Positions 33,158 to 43,983 of a stretch of DNA of 64,000 nucleotides are shown here, piece after piece. Source of the DNA: a candidate division WOR-3 bacterium (GTDB taxonomy: Bacteria > Hydrothermota > UBA3072); assembly GCA_023131835.1 (NCBI GenBank), contig JAGLZA010000025.1, positions 5,923 to 69,922 on the forward strand, written 5' to 3'. A program made the translations under genes and the position numbers. How positions within the stretch are numbered: the first letter of the stretch is position 1; each line of letters begins with the position of its first letter. The notes beneath the pieces were generated by a model, which saw only the letters and a program-made list of their open reading frames with translations, ran no database searches and was not told where the DNA came from.

Positions 33158-33412
33158 TCATTTTGATACTACCTCCATATTTAATTCTTCTAATAACTGG
33201 AGAACTTTCCTTACCCATACTCTATCTGATTCCTTTTCTTCCTCTGATAAATTCTTGTATGCAGTATGTGATTGGCGTTCCCATCTTCTTCTATTACTTC
33301 TACTATAAAATTCCAAGAAGTATCGTGTCCAATGTCCCCACTGTTTGTGTTCAAGATCAGCAAGTTTCTCGATTAGTTCGGTTTTTTGTTCAGGTGTTAA
33401 ACTTCTTATCAT
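33158..33412 (-). CDS. Stand-alone RyR-domain-like protein
   Basis: LADLEHKQW...AYKNLSEEEKESDR. Confidence 0.6.
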   Translation of the reverse strand: MIRSLTPEQKTELIEKLADLEHKQWGHWTRYFLEFYSRSNRRRWERQSHTAYKNLSEEEKESDRVWVRKVLQLLEELNMEVVSK

Positions 33413-34042
33413 TATAATCCCCTCTCCTTTGCTATAATAACAGCATTAGAAACATTAATTACATCTCCTTGTATTATCTCTTTTGCTTCTTTGTCTGTTA
33501 TGTCAATAACCTGCGTAGGTTTCCATTGGTATTCTACTTTAATTTTCATTTTATTTTTATACACCTTTTCCTATTTATTTTCTTTCATTTTTTATCATCA
33601 TATACACCGTATGTCAAAAAGCACGACTTGTATCCTTTCTTTAACGAAGTAAAAAACCTTTTAGCAAAGAACTTAAAAAGAAAAGAACGAGAAAACTCAC
33701 CGTACTTTACAGAATAAAAATGTCGAATTAACCATAAACTAATTGCATTTTGTGTTAGTTCCACACGAAAATACTTCTCTCCATCATCTACTATAAAACT
33801 ATTTATTACTTCTACTTTGTTCATTTTTATAAGTCCTCCCATGCATCATCTTCTTCTGGTCGTAGCCAATCTTTCTTAAGAGATGATTCTAAAATACATT
33901 GTGGAGTTACTATCGGGGATTTTTCAACTAATTCTCCCTACTCAGCAGCAAAACAATCTATGCATAATCCATTCTGTTATGGCTCATATTCTTCAAGTAT
34001 TATTTCACACTTTTTACATCTTGTTGTCATTTTGTTTTTCCT

Positions 34043-34456
34043 CTATTTTGCCTTCTCTAACATTTCAGGATTTCCATATACATTACCAATCTTCTCCAAT
34101 TTACCCCAACTAAAGTTCCTTACGCTACCAGTATAAAATGGTTGATAACTGCCTTTGATAAGAACAATATTAAAACCCGCTATTGCCTTACTATATCGTA
34201 TCCAACCTGTATTTTCCTCTCCGTAGTTGTTTATCCATTTTACTATATCCCCCTCACATAGTTTTTCCTTATGAATATCTTCTCGTTCAATATATTGAAG
34301 TATATCAATTATTGACCAGCCTTCAAAAACTGTTAATTGACGAAATTGTTCAAAATTAGAAGATTCAATTTCACAATCTATAAGAGAAATATCAAATAAT
34401 CTTAATTCTTCATTTCTCTCAAGAACATACCTAAATTTTAGTTCTCGTTTTTGCAT
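34043..34456 (-). CDS. YopX family protein
   Basis: ELKFRY...EGDIVK...LEKIGNVYGNPEML. Confidence 0.8.
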   Translation of the reverse strand: MQKRELKFRYVLERNEELRLFDISLIDCEIESSNFEQFRQLTVFEGWSIIDILQYIEREDIHKEKLCEGDIVKWINNYGEENTGWIRYSKAIAGFNIVLIKGSYQPFYTGSVRNFSWGKLEKIGNVYGNPEMLEKAK

Positions 34457-34803
34457 TTCTCTCCCTCCTTCTTTAAGTGTTTAAACAACCTTCCTCTTGC
34501 TCTATTCCGTCCTTCTTTACGACTGAAATTATCACTTTTATCACAAATTGCAACACCGTAAAAACTATAACTCCCTCGTAATTCTTTTAAGAGATGAGTT
34601 GCACGACCGTATTCATTAACTACCCCCTCTCTCATGCTATCTACTATGTATCCCTTGACTTCACTCCATGTGTATCCATCCTCTGCACCCACAGCTACGG
34701 TTACAGCACGAAACGGGTGTATATCGGTATAATGGTATATCCGTGGTCTTATTCCTATCCCCTCAAATGCTTTATCTAACTTTTCTTCAGCTTTTGATTT
34801 CAT
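34438..34803 (-). CDS. Viral protein with a Tad1/Acb4-like C-terminal motif
   Basis: YGVAICDKSDNFSRKEGRNRARGRL. Confidence 0.4.
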   Translation of the reverse strand: MKSKAEEKLDKAFEGIGIRPRIYHYTDIHPFRAVTVAVGAEDGYTWSEVKGYIVDSMREGVVNEYGRATHLLKELRGSYSFYGVAICDKSDNFSRKEGRNRARGRLFKHLKKEGEKCKNEN

Positions 34804-35180
34804 TTTTCTTTCTCTATTAATTTCTCTCTAAGTACTTCTATGATCTTATCTTGTATTTTTATATGATCACGTAAACTATCAATTACAGTTTTCATACTTC
34901 TGATTATTCGCTGATTGAGGTATTCTACACCTAAAATGCCGACTACCGCAATAAATGCCATTACTATAAATATTTTAAAACATTCGTAGTTCATCATTTT
35001 TTCATCTACCTAAAAGAAAAGTATATCTCCTGTTTTTCTATCAATATCACAAATAACTAATGTAAGTTCTACAATACCATCTCCATAATCAATAAGTTGA
35101 TATGTAGTTCCGCATTCTTCATCGTCCCCACATTCGGAAAACTCCTCTATATCAACAATTATTTTTTTCATTTTTTCATC

Positions 35181-35468
35181 CTAACTTAAATATTTTGGGT
35201 ATAAATCGTGATAAAGCTTATCTTTAAGTATTATTCCACCTCTTCTATCAGTATGATAACACTTAAAGAATGCGACATCAAGAATATCATCATAATTATA
35301 ATGATTTAGAAGTTTTGTTTTTAGATTGGATGACATATCCACATAAAGAGGTTGTTTTTTAAGGTTATATAAAACATAAACTCCAACAACATCAGGTATT
35401 AAAGAAATATTACGCTGACTCCAACTTCTAATATTCCATCGCTTAACAATTTGAACCATTTTTCTCAC
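35181..35468 (-). CDS. GIY-YIG-like domain protein
   Basis: GVYVLYN...PLYVDMSSNLKTKLLNH (YxG glycine replaced by Asp, conserved Arg replaced by Lys). Confidence 0.6.
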   Translation of the reverse strand: MRKMVQIVKRWNIRSWSQRNISLIPDVVGVYVLYNLKKQPLYVDMSSNLKTKLLNHYNYDDILDVAFFKCYHTDRRGGIILKDKLYHDLYPKYLS

Positions 35469-35492
35469 ACTCCATTTTTTATTATTTTGTTA

Positions 35493-36155
35493 TTACTCCT
35501 TTTTAAGCAAATAATTCCTAATCTTATCCTCATCTATACCGTAAACATGTGCAGATACTATAAAAACCGCTAAAGTACCCATCTCAATCCCTAACTCCTC
35601 CGCTATCTCGTGCTGTAACATTATATGCCCCTTTGTATTATATAAAAATGCATTAAAAATGTCCCACGATCGAAATACAACACTCTGGTGTAGCTTATTA
35701 TCCCTAATTAAAAACTGTAAATATGCCAAACACACGCTGTAATTTGCGGTAAGGTCGGTGCGTTCCCAGACTGCCATAGATGCTCTGCGTGAATGCGGTC
35801 GCTGTTTGAGAAGATTAATCACATCTTGTTTCTGGTCTAAAACTCGCTTTGATTGGGGTTTATCTGTGGACTGAAACAACATACCATCCATGAATTTCTT
35901 GGATACGTTGCTTAGAATGGGTGGTACTTGGATATATGGACTTGGATTTTCGATTAAGACGGTTAGAGATTGCAGTTCGATGGTTTTGCCTCCGCTGCGG
36001 CTGCCCTTGTCGTCCTCCTCTATTTTGACTCTGTTGCCTTTAAGGAGAAGAATCTCTAAAAGATTGGTAAATGCTTCGTTTACGGTTTCGGCTTTAATTT
36101 GGTATCCTACGAAATGGTCTTCCATTTTAGTTTCTCCTTTCTTTATTCCTTGCAT
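35493..36155 (-). CDS. Thymidylate synthase-fold enzyme (dTMP synthase or dUMP hydroxymethylase)
   Basis: SRRAS...VCLAYLQFLIRDNKL...FRSWDIFNAFLYN...SAHVY; catalytic Cys and the dUMP-type Asn are present. Confidence 0.88.
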   Translation of the reverse strand: MQGIKKGETKMEDHFVGYQIKAETVNEAFTNLLEILLLKGNRVKIEEDDKGSRSGGKTIELQSLTVLIENPSPYIQVPPILSNVSKKFMDGMLFQSTDKPQSKRVLDQKQDVINLLKQRPHSRRASMAVWERTDLTANYSVCLAYLQFLIRDNKLHQSVVFRSWDIFNAFLYNTKGHIMLQHEIAEELGIEMGTLAVFIVSAHVYGIDEDKIRNYLLKKE

Positions 36156-36415
36156 GCTCTTCCATTATACGCTCTGAATCCCTCTCTACCTCTAAAGCTT
36201 GGTCTCTAGAAAATAATATTATGTAGTCTGCCTTATATTCCTTACCATTCGCAAGCTTTCTTTTTAGAGTTAGAGTTCTTGGCATTTCATATATGTAATC
36301 AGCTCCACCACTAATCCCCGAACAAACAATAATTTCTGATAACGGTTTATCAGGATCTCCTGTTTCTGATATTAACATTGGCAACACTGATGTTTTCTCT
36401 TCAAATTCTATTAAT

Positions 36416-36754
36416 TTATCTTTTTTCATTTTCCTTTATTTCCTTCTTATGATGTAAACACACATAATACAAGAATCCTTTAGTTTGTTCATCACATTTA
36501 TGTAGTTGTTTTATCTCGCTTTTCCACTCTTTCAAACTTTTAAAACCACTACCCTCAATGTAATCATCTAAATCGTCTGGGATAATGTTCTCCTCTTGAA
36601 TATCCACAAAAACGTCGTATAGCTTTCTACCTCCTCTCCTATCTGCAACCCAATCGTCTCCTAATACCTTCCTCTTTTTTAGTCTGAAAGTTACAACTTC
36701 ACCCATAGTTCGTAGCTGTTCTAATGCTTTTTTACTGCTGAAAATCATTACCAT
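36416..36754 (-). CDS. ASCH/PUA-like domain protein
   Basis: GEVVTFR...SGFKSLKEW. Confidence 0.45.
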   Translation of the reverse strand: MVMIFSSKKALEQLRTMGEVVTFRLKKRKVLGDDWVADRRGGRKLYDVFVDIQEENIIPDDLDDYIEGSGFKSLKEWKSEIKQLHKCDEQTKGFLYYVCLHHKKEIKENEKR

Positions 36755-36765
36755 TTAGTTTCTCC

Positions 36766-37020
36766 TTAGTAGTCCACCCTTTCGTTCTTTAGCCAGAAAT
36801 CCTCCAAATCAACTAAAACCTTGCGTCCGACCTTGTAATGCTTAATGTGCTGTCTTTTGATGTTTTCGCTTAGTGAAACCGTAGTTCGCAAATCCAATAG
36901 GTTAGCCACATCCATAATGCTCATAACACCCTCTTTCGGGATAATGGCTGCAATTAGAACTTCTTCCACAACTTGTTTCTCTTTATTGTATTTTTTTATT
37001 TTTATAGCTGTTAATTCCAT
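36766..37020 (-). CDS. Excisionase-type HTH DNA-binding protein
   Basis: MSIMDVANLL...IKHYKVGRKVLVDLEDF. Confidence 0.6.
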   Translation of the reverse strand: MELTAIKIKKYNKEKQVVEEVLIAAIIPKEGVMSIMDVANLLDLRTTVSLSENIKRQHIKHYKVGRKVLVDLEDFWLKNERVDY

Positions 37021-38010
37021 TTTTTTACTCTCCTTTTTCTAAATTTATTTCTTCTTCAATTAACTTTTCCATGTACTGATGATACACCGCTCTATCCGTG
37101 AAAACATCGAGTTTGTACGGTGGATAATCATCCCTATCATGGTATGCATTATTTATCTTTCTCATTATTTTTTCTAATGTTTCAATTCTTACACTCATCT
37201 CATTTTGCTCCTTTTCTCTGTTTAGATACTCTGACAACTTTACTACCTTTTTTTGTTTTTTTGCCTTTCTTCACTTTCCGTTTTATGCGATTGCGTTTTA
37301 ACTCCTTTAAACTATTCACCAACTTAAAAGTGGCTTTTTCCACTGCTTCTTGTGGTGCAAAAATCCTGATACCTATCTGCCTCTCACTTAAACCTTCATC
37401 TAGTCCTTTTTTAAGTTCCGCTACTTCATAAGGCTCAAAAAGCCACTGCTGCCTGCGTTTGTTATTATCCGTGTACTCCGCACGTATCCGTTTGGGTAGG
37501 TCTTTTGGGTTCTTTTTCGCTATGTACAGTAGCGGGTTGAATCCGTCATTAGCTATTTTCTTTAATATAATTTTACCAAACTCCTCACAAAGCCCGTGTT
37601 TTGCTTCTCCATATGGCACTAGAGTGAATGGTTTGAACACCATTCCGTCACTTAAATCCACATATTCCTTATTTTCTTTTACTAAAAAATGATTAGACAT
37701 TTTTATTCTCCTTCTTTTCTATAACATCGTATGTACCGTTTGTTTGTCTTATTGCATCATGGATATCCGTTGCTTCTACTCTTTCAGTTTCTATTAACTT
37801 ACCTTTTTCGTTCCGAACAAAAACTATGTATTGGTTCATTTTTCTTCTCCTTTTACATTACCATGTGCTTTAGAAAAACAAGTACCAAACCCAATCCAAT
37901 AGGTACATAGAACAAATGGTTACCTGTTATAAATAATGCCATAAACCCCATTAGCAAGCTTATGATTCCACAGCTTGCTAATACGTTTCCAAATTTCCAT
38001 TCTACTATGT

Positions 38011-39033
38011 TCATTTTTCTTCCTTTTTAATAACTGTCCAAACTGCATTTTCAGCATTTTCAGGTTTGTCATCAAGCAAAGAAAAGGATACACTTGGATA
38101 TTCAGAATGTAGAATTAACAATGCTTGTTCCCTCCGTGTTTCCAGCCTTTTTGCTTTTTCTGCTACCATTTTTGCACTGTTCATTATTGTCTGTCGCTTT
38201 TCTTCAATCTCACTAATGATTGCTTTTGCTTCGTTATGTAACTCGTCTGGTAGTTCGTTTAGAAACATAGCATTGCCGTTTTCCATTGCTTCAATTATGT
38301 GTTTTTGTGAGAACCCTGAGATAATACGATGTATCCTAATATAGTCCTCACATTTTAATTTGATTCGTAATCCATTATTGTACTTTACTACAAAACCCTC
38401 CTGCTCCTCACCTTTCATACCATCTAGCATTGTAATCGCTTTTTTTATGGAAAGGTTAAATACCTTAACAGGTGTAATACCCAATCGCTCTGCCTCTTCT
38501 ATATGACTTACCTCGTTACCAGAAATGGTATGGCGAACCGCAAGTAGCACCAACTCTTCTATATTATAATTGCAAATTATCTTGTTTTCTTTGTATAGTA
38601 TCTCAAAAAGGTAGGTGTATTCTCTCTTGAAATCACTTATTTTGTAACCTTTTTCAGATAGCCACATTGTTCCCCAAACTGCCATAGGTGATTCAAAACT
38701 ACCTCGTGTGCTTATAGCTGGTGAATCCATATTGTCATAAAGGATACCTAGACTTCCTGAAACCTTCTCAGTTATCTGTGGTATTTCAGAAGGCAGATTC
38801 TCCAAAGTCATTCCCTCTTCACCAAGATTAAAAAACTTCGAAAAGGGATTGGATACTATTCTATCGTGGGAATCCATAATCAACCCACGACATTTAGTTG
38901 TTATTTCGTTCCATACACGGTGATACTGACATTTGGGTGTGTAGTTGTATATCCATAGATCAAGCTGTGGGTGCTTTCTGACGGATACGAAATGTTCTCT
39001 GATAAGTTTGTTCAGTTCATTTCTGTCTATCAT
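38011..39033 (-). CDS. T4 Rnl1-like RNA ligase
   Basis: IYNY, CRGLI, FSKFFN, motif I TEKVSGSLG, FEI, EGFVV, RIKLK. Confidence 0.85.
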   Translation of the reverse strand: MIDRNELNKLIREHFVSVRKHPQLDLWIYNYTPKCQYHRVWNEITTKCRGLIMDSHDRIVSNPFSKFFNLGEEGMTLENLPSEIPQITEKVSGSLGILYDNMDSPAISTRGSFESPMAVWGTMWLSEKGYKISDFKREYTYLFEILYKENKIICNYNIEELVLLAVRHTISGNEVSHIEEAERLGITPVKVFNLSIKKAITMLDGMKGEEQEGFVVKYNNGLRIKLKCEDYIRIHRIISGFSQKHIIEAMENGNAMFLNELPDELHNEAKAIISEIEEKRQTIMNSAKMVAEKAKRLETRREQALLILHSEYPSVSFSLLDDKPENAENAVWTVIKKEEK

Positions 39034-40303
39034 TTTTTCTTTTTCACACTACGCTCTATACTCCACGGGCAGGATTTTTGATATTGCAATTCAGTAAGGT
39101 AGGTCCACCAACCTACCCGCTTTAGAGAAAGCATAGTTCCTTTTATTTTTTCCTTACGCTTCTACCGACAACGCCACCCAACTTTTTATTAATGCCCTTT
39201 CTCTTTTGCTATCCTATCTGCAACAAACACACCAAAATCCCTAAAAAGCAATCTATCCTTTAGTAGTTTGTTTTTTATATTTGATGATTCTTCCTCTTCA
39301 TAGTACAAAACAATAAAATCTCCTATCCATCCCTCAATCTTTTGGTTTAATTTTATTCTTTCATTCCAGACATCCATCTTATACATCCTCTTCAGCTTTT
39401 TTAAGTGTATTTAAATACTCATCAGCACGACCAAGTACAATAGTCTGTTCTCCTTCCGCTTCTTCTATCAAATCGTATAGTATAAGTAAGTTCAGTGAAC
39501 CCTTAATTGGTTTTTCTAAAAAGTCCTTAAGGATTATCCCTCCATCGGTCTTAATCCATTTTCCTTCTTTCGTCATTTTCTACCTCCTTTAATATATTTA
39601 ATAGTTCAGTGGTTAGTGCTTGTAATCCAACTTTACTGACAAATATCTGCCTAAATACCATAGTCTCAGTCTCCATCTCTCGTATGTTAATTCCCCGTAT
39701 GCCGTTATATGTATTGGCTAAAATTTGGATCTGCAAACCCTCTGAATTAACTTCTTCAGGCTTGGTGATCCATCTTATTTCGTTGTTTTCCATTTAATTC
39801 ATACTCCTTCATTTCAGCTTCGAGCATCTTATCTGCGATATCTCGTCTTTGACTACGGACTTCCCCCTCAGATGGGTAACTACTTCCTTCCATGTATGTA
39901 TACCAACCACGCTTTCTTCCCTCATATATTTCTGTGTTTAATCTCCGATACTCTCTTGCTAACGTAGAATAGTCACCTGAATTTAGTATCTCTGTAAACT
40001 CATCCTCTTGTTTTTTAGCGTCCTTTATGTTTTCATGCTTTGTCGCATCTATATCATCGTTCAATTCACGTAACCTATCACGTAAATCTGCTATGTCGAA
40101 ATTGATGGAATCTCTATGTGATATTAAGTCACCTATTTCTTCAGCCATCCTGTCTCGGTCTTTGATTAGGTCTTTTAAAACATTATCATCTTGCTTTCTA
40201 AAGTTAGTTTGCATTATCACCAGCCCTAATCCATTCCATACAAACATCTAAATACTTTGTCTCATCGAATGCATAGAGCATTTTACTCATTTATATCACC
40301 TAA

Positions 40304-40810
40304 CTAATATACTACACACTCATCCTCTTCCTTTTTTTTCTCTTCTGCATCCTCCTCATCTATTTCTTCCACATCTATTTCCTCCTCTTCTGTATCTCCC
40401 ATAAGAGATTCTAATACCTTTAATTGAGGACTCCACGACCCGAACTTTTTTACAACACAAATAAAAAGTTCTATATCATGCTTTTTCACGCCCCAGTGCA
40501 CATTCTTGTCCTTGTCCTCTTTGGATCTAATATGCATCAATTCGTGGAATACAAGGGCGTTTTTCTGATGTTCGCTTAGTTCGACCCAGGTATCCTTATG
40601 CAGTAGGAGTACATAATTAAAATCAGACAAATATTTCCAAACTCCTGATGTTTTCTCCATCTTACCAGAGAAATCGCACTTCTTTACCAGAACAAACAAA
40701 GAGATGATCTTCGCTTTAGTTATGTTCGGATCTAGATCGCTTGCGTTGTCTCGTATTGTGGTGTCTAAAATGTCTAAAACATTTTTTGATACTTTTTCAT
40801 AATTTCGCAT
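40304..40810 (-). CDS. Putative phage metallopeptidase with acidic tail
   Basis: ALVFHELMHI...HDIELF (HExxH). Confidence 0.75.
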   Translation of the reverse strand: MRNYEKVSKNVLDILDTTIRDNASDLDPNITKAKIISLFVLVKKCDFSGKMEKTSGVWKYLSDFNYVLLLHKDTWVELSEHQKNALVFHELMHIRSKEDKDKNVHWGVKKHDIELFICVVKKFGSWSPQLKVLESLMGDTEEEEIDVEEIDEEDAEEKKKEEDECVVY

Positions 40811-40868
40811 TTTTTCTTTTCCTCATAGTTGTTAGTAAAGAGAAAATTAATTCTCTCTACTATCAAAT

Positions 40869-40947
40869 TCCATACCTTACCCTACCATACCTCACCAAAC
40901 CACATCTTACTCACCTAATCATATAGATGAGAATAAACTACTTAACT
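40869..40947. repeat. Degenerate pentamer array 2 plus the same 25-nt motif
   Basis: ACCTT ACCCT ACCAT ACCTC ACCAA ACCAC ATCTT...; 40923-40947 is identical to 21014-21038. Confidence 0.85.
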
Positions 40948-41401
40948 AAATTTCATCTGCAAAAACCAAGTGTGATTTCTTTGTACCTCCCTCATTAAAG
41001 ATGATACCTTCCCTATAGAGGTCGTTAAACTTTTCAACTATGTCTGTAAACTTATACTTTGTATTGCCCTCAACTAGTTTACATATTTTTTTAATATCAA
41101 CACTCTTATTCTTTGTAGGATTCTTCTGTAGCACATATTGCAGATGATCTTCAATAGGTGAATCTGTAGATAGTATCTTAAATTTTGTAGATGGCGGTTT
41201 TGATACACTGCCATTAAGTATTCTCTCAACTTCGCTAATTGGTATCCGTGTCTTATTATACGGTAGTTTCTTAACACTTATTATACCTGATTTTTCCCAG
41301 CTTTGCAATGTTGCAGAACATATATCCAAAATTTTACATACTTTTTGTGGTCTAAGTAGTTCTTCCATTTTTTTCATGGTAGTTCCTCTATAATATAACA
41401 A
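40946..41401 (-). CDS. MerR/excisionase-type HTH protein with a second winged-helix-like domain
   Basis: LLRPQKVCKILDICSATLQSWEKSGII...RIPISEVERI. Confidence 0.7.
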   Translation of the reverse strand: MLYYRGTTMKKMEELLRPQKVCKILDICSATLQSWEKSGIISVKKLPYNKTRIPISEVERILNGSVSKPPSTKFKILSTDSPIEDHLQYVLQKNPTKNKSVDIKKICKLVEGNTKYKFTDIVEKFNDLYREGIIFNEGGTKKSHLVFADEI

Positions 41402-42118
41402 TATAAGCTTTATAGATATAAATAATTAGACATAAGTTAACTAAATTAATATATAATACTATATGCTATATTTATTGATACATATCCTATATAGGTATAA
41501 TTGTATATAATAATAAGCGGCTCCGCAGCGGCGGATTTTTCACCCAGTAAAATACCTAATACGCCTAATTACTTAATGCGGAAACCTGTCTTCTGGTCTT
41601 TTCTCTCGCTCTGCCTTCTTCCGTTCTTCGTCTGCCTCTCTTTTCATTCTTACTTCAACATCTTCCTTTATTTGTTTTATGGTCATTTTTTGTTACCTCC
41701 TATTTATTAATAACTCGACATTTTACAAACCTATCTATAACTATTTTTGTAAAACAATTTAGCAGATTTCTCCCATTCTATTTCTAAATATGCTTGTTTT
41801 ACTCCTTCAGAAATTGCACTAAATATTTCCTCTTTAGATATTTCTTCCATTTTTACCTCCTATTGATAACCCTCAATTTTTCTTCTCTACCTTCTCATCA
41901 GGTTCTAAAGTTGACTCATGTATAGCAAATAGATAGTGTCCAACTGATTCGTATTTTACATCTATCTCCTCCTCCATCAAATTTTTGTAGTGAATGAAAT
42001 ATTCACATACATCTCTAGGTACAATTATTGCTGCGTATTCTTCTTCACCTTCTTTAAAGAACCTAACATTTTCCTTTTCTTCGTCTATTTCTTTTTCTTC
42101 TTCATTCATTTTTCTTTT

Positions 42119-42499
42119 TCACCTCCTAACTACTACTATCAAACACTCATAAGTAACCCGATCTGGATCAATATTCTTATCCTGTGCTACTTCCCTCACT
42201 TTTTCACCTACCTTTACTTGTATCTCATCGTCTGTCATCGTAGTGTTTTCTAACCTGTAAGTATAACTATCATCGTAAAGTGTTATACCTAAAGACTTAA
42301 CTTCATAATTCACTGTTATATCAACAGTTCTGACTTCTGGGTTTATAGGAACTGGTGTTGGGCTTGGAGTTGATGTGGATGTTGAAATAGGTGTAGGAAT
42401 CGGAGTTGGTGTTTGTATTACTTCTATTTTAAAAATATCTATACAACCGCTTCCTACAATCACTACCATTATTACCATCGCTAAGATTAGTTTTTTCAT
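42119..42499 (-). CDS. Predicted archaeal lipoprotein with Pro/Thr linker
   Basis: MKK, hydrophobic core, GSGC lipobox, TPTPIPTP repeat. Confidence 0.65.
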   Translation of the reverse strand: MKKLILAMVIMVVIVGSGCIDIFKIEVIQTPTPIPTPISTSTSTPSPTPVPINPEVRTVDITVNYEVKSLGITLYDDSYTYRLENTTMTDDEIQVKVGEKVREVAQDKNIDPDRVTYECLIVVVRR

Positions 42500-42681
42500 G
42501 TTATCACCTTAATCACTCCTCTGTGTGATTTCTTCCATAACTCGTTTTTAACTATCTCATCTGCTCGTTCCTGAAGTAATTCGGTACGAGTCTTAAATCC
42601 TTTCTTTTTTCTTTCTTCTTCACCCAAATATTCTTCCAATGCATCCATCTGATCTTTTGGTATTTCCATTTTTTCACTCTT

Positions 42682-43983
42682 TTATGTATTTTCACCTCTA
42701 TACCTAAACAAATAACCGACAATGAGCAAGCTTAAAAAAGTAAACATAATTCCGACTCCTGGAACCTCTCTTAGTGTAGGCATTGAAGTCGGTTTTACTT
42801 CAGGTTTTGCTGTTGGTTTTACTTCTGTTGGTTTCGGTGTTACTTCTTCTGTTGGTATTGGTGTAGCTACTTTTGTTGGAGTAACTACTGGTTTTGATAC
42901 TATCTCTATTATTAGTTCGTCCGTATGTCCATCACCATCATCTGCTTCTATTGTATACGACCCAACTATCGCATTAGCAGTACTAAATGTCGCACTAAAA
43001 CGATTACTCGTTACTTTTGCAGTTTGTGGTTGAAATACCGTTTGTCCCACAACCATAACAATAACTGAATGACCATCCTCTTTACTTGACGTTCCTGTAA
43101 CCTTTAATGAATTTCCTACTACTACATCTTGAATACTATCTAACACTACCGATACTACCGATTCCGATGCAACCTTAACATAACTTGTCCAATAAAAGTC
43201 GTCGCTCGCTACTGCACCATACGTCGCATCCTCTATTATATCTATGATTTGGTCTTGTAGTTTGTTTGTAAATCTACGACTAGATAGAGCAGCAGTAAGA
43301 TCATCATGCCCTTTTCCATATCTATTATCATCCCCCTTAGTAAGTACCATAACAAAATAACTTCCAGTATCAATTTTTTCATCAGTAACAACATCTAATG
43401 AGTATGTGTTATCATTAGATACAATCGGAGATTTGTAGTAAATACTTGTAGAATTTATTGTAGTTGCTCCATCTTCTATGCAACTACCGTAATTTCCATC
43501 GGGTGGGATAATTAATACGTCTACAGTTTTTGTACCTTTTGCGATACCGCTAATCGTGAAGTCGGAACCTGGAGAGACGATGGTAGTTGATGTTTTAGCG
43601 GTTAAACTTCCTCCTGTTAATACTATTCCTATCATTCCATCATTTATTTCCCCTAGTTCTATATCAGTAGACAAATCTCTATTTACGTACGCTCTTAGTA
43701 TTAAATACCCTGTAGATTGAAACTCTGCATACTCTGAAGTGTCAATTTCTTTACTGAAGTTTTTATCATTTATTGGAATGTTATTTAATGCTGGATAGAG
43801 TTTATCTTCTAATGATACGTCAACAGTACCAGTGGTATTAACGTATCCTTGAATTATAAAAATTTCGCCAATAGACACTGTAGATGAGACGTTAAAAGTG
43901 ACTGGTATATCAATAGCTGAACATGGAATTATTAAGAAGAAAAGAATTAGTATTACTACATTTAAGATTAGTTTCTTTTTCAT
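42682..43983 (-). CDS. Surface glycoprotein with PGF-CTERM-like sorting signal
   Basis: Signal peptide, beta-rich domains, Thr/Pro linker, VPGVGIMFTFLSLLIVGYLFRYR tail. Confidence 0.75.
   Translation of the reverse strand: MKKKLILNVVILILFFLIIPCSAIDIPVTFNVSSTVSIGEIFIIQGYVNTTGTVDVSLEDKLYPALNNIPINDKNFSKEIDTSEYAEFQSTGYLILRAYVNRDLSTDIELGEINDGMIGIVLTGGSLTAKTSTTIVSPGSDFTISGIAKGTKTVDVLIIPPDGNYGSCIEDGATTINSTSIYYKSPIVSNDNTYSLDVVTDEKIDTGSYFVMVLTKGDDNRYGKGHDDLTAALSSRRFTNKLQDQIIDIIEDATYGAVASDDFYWTSYVKVASESVVSVVLDSIQDVVVGNSLKVTGTSSKEDGHSVIVMVVGQTVFQPQTAKVTSNRFSATFSTANAIVGSYTIEADDGDGHTDELIIEIVSKPVVTPTKVATPIPTEEVTPKPTEVKPTAKPEVKPTSMPTLREVPGVGIMFTFLSLLIVGYLFRYRGENT

Noticed and set aside
34244-34252. Exact match to the reverse complement of spacer B2 (TATATCCCC) inside a YopX gene
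   Set aside because: The adjacent 9-mers do not match spacer A2, and a lone 9-mer hit is expected by chance in 64 kb
40946-41401. IS607 serine transposase
   Set aside because: The N-terminal HTH is similar, but no serine-recombinase catalytic motif or tnpB follows
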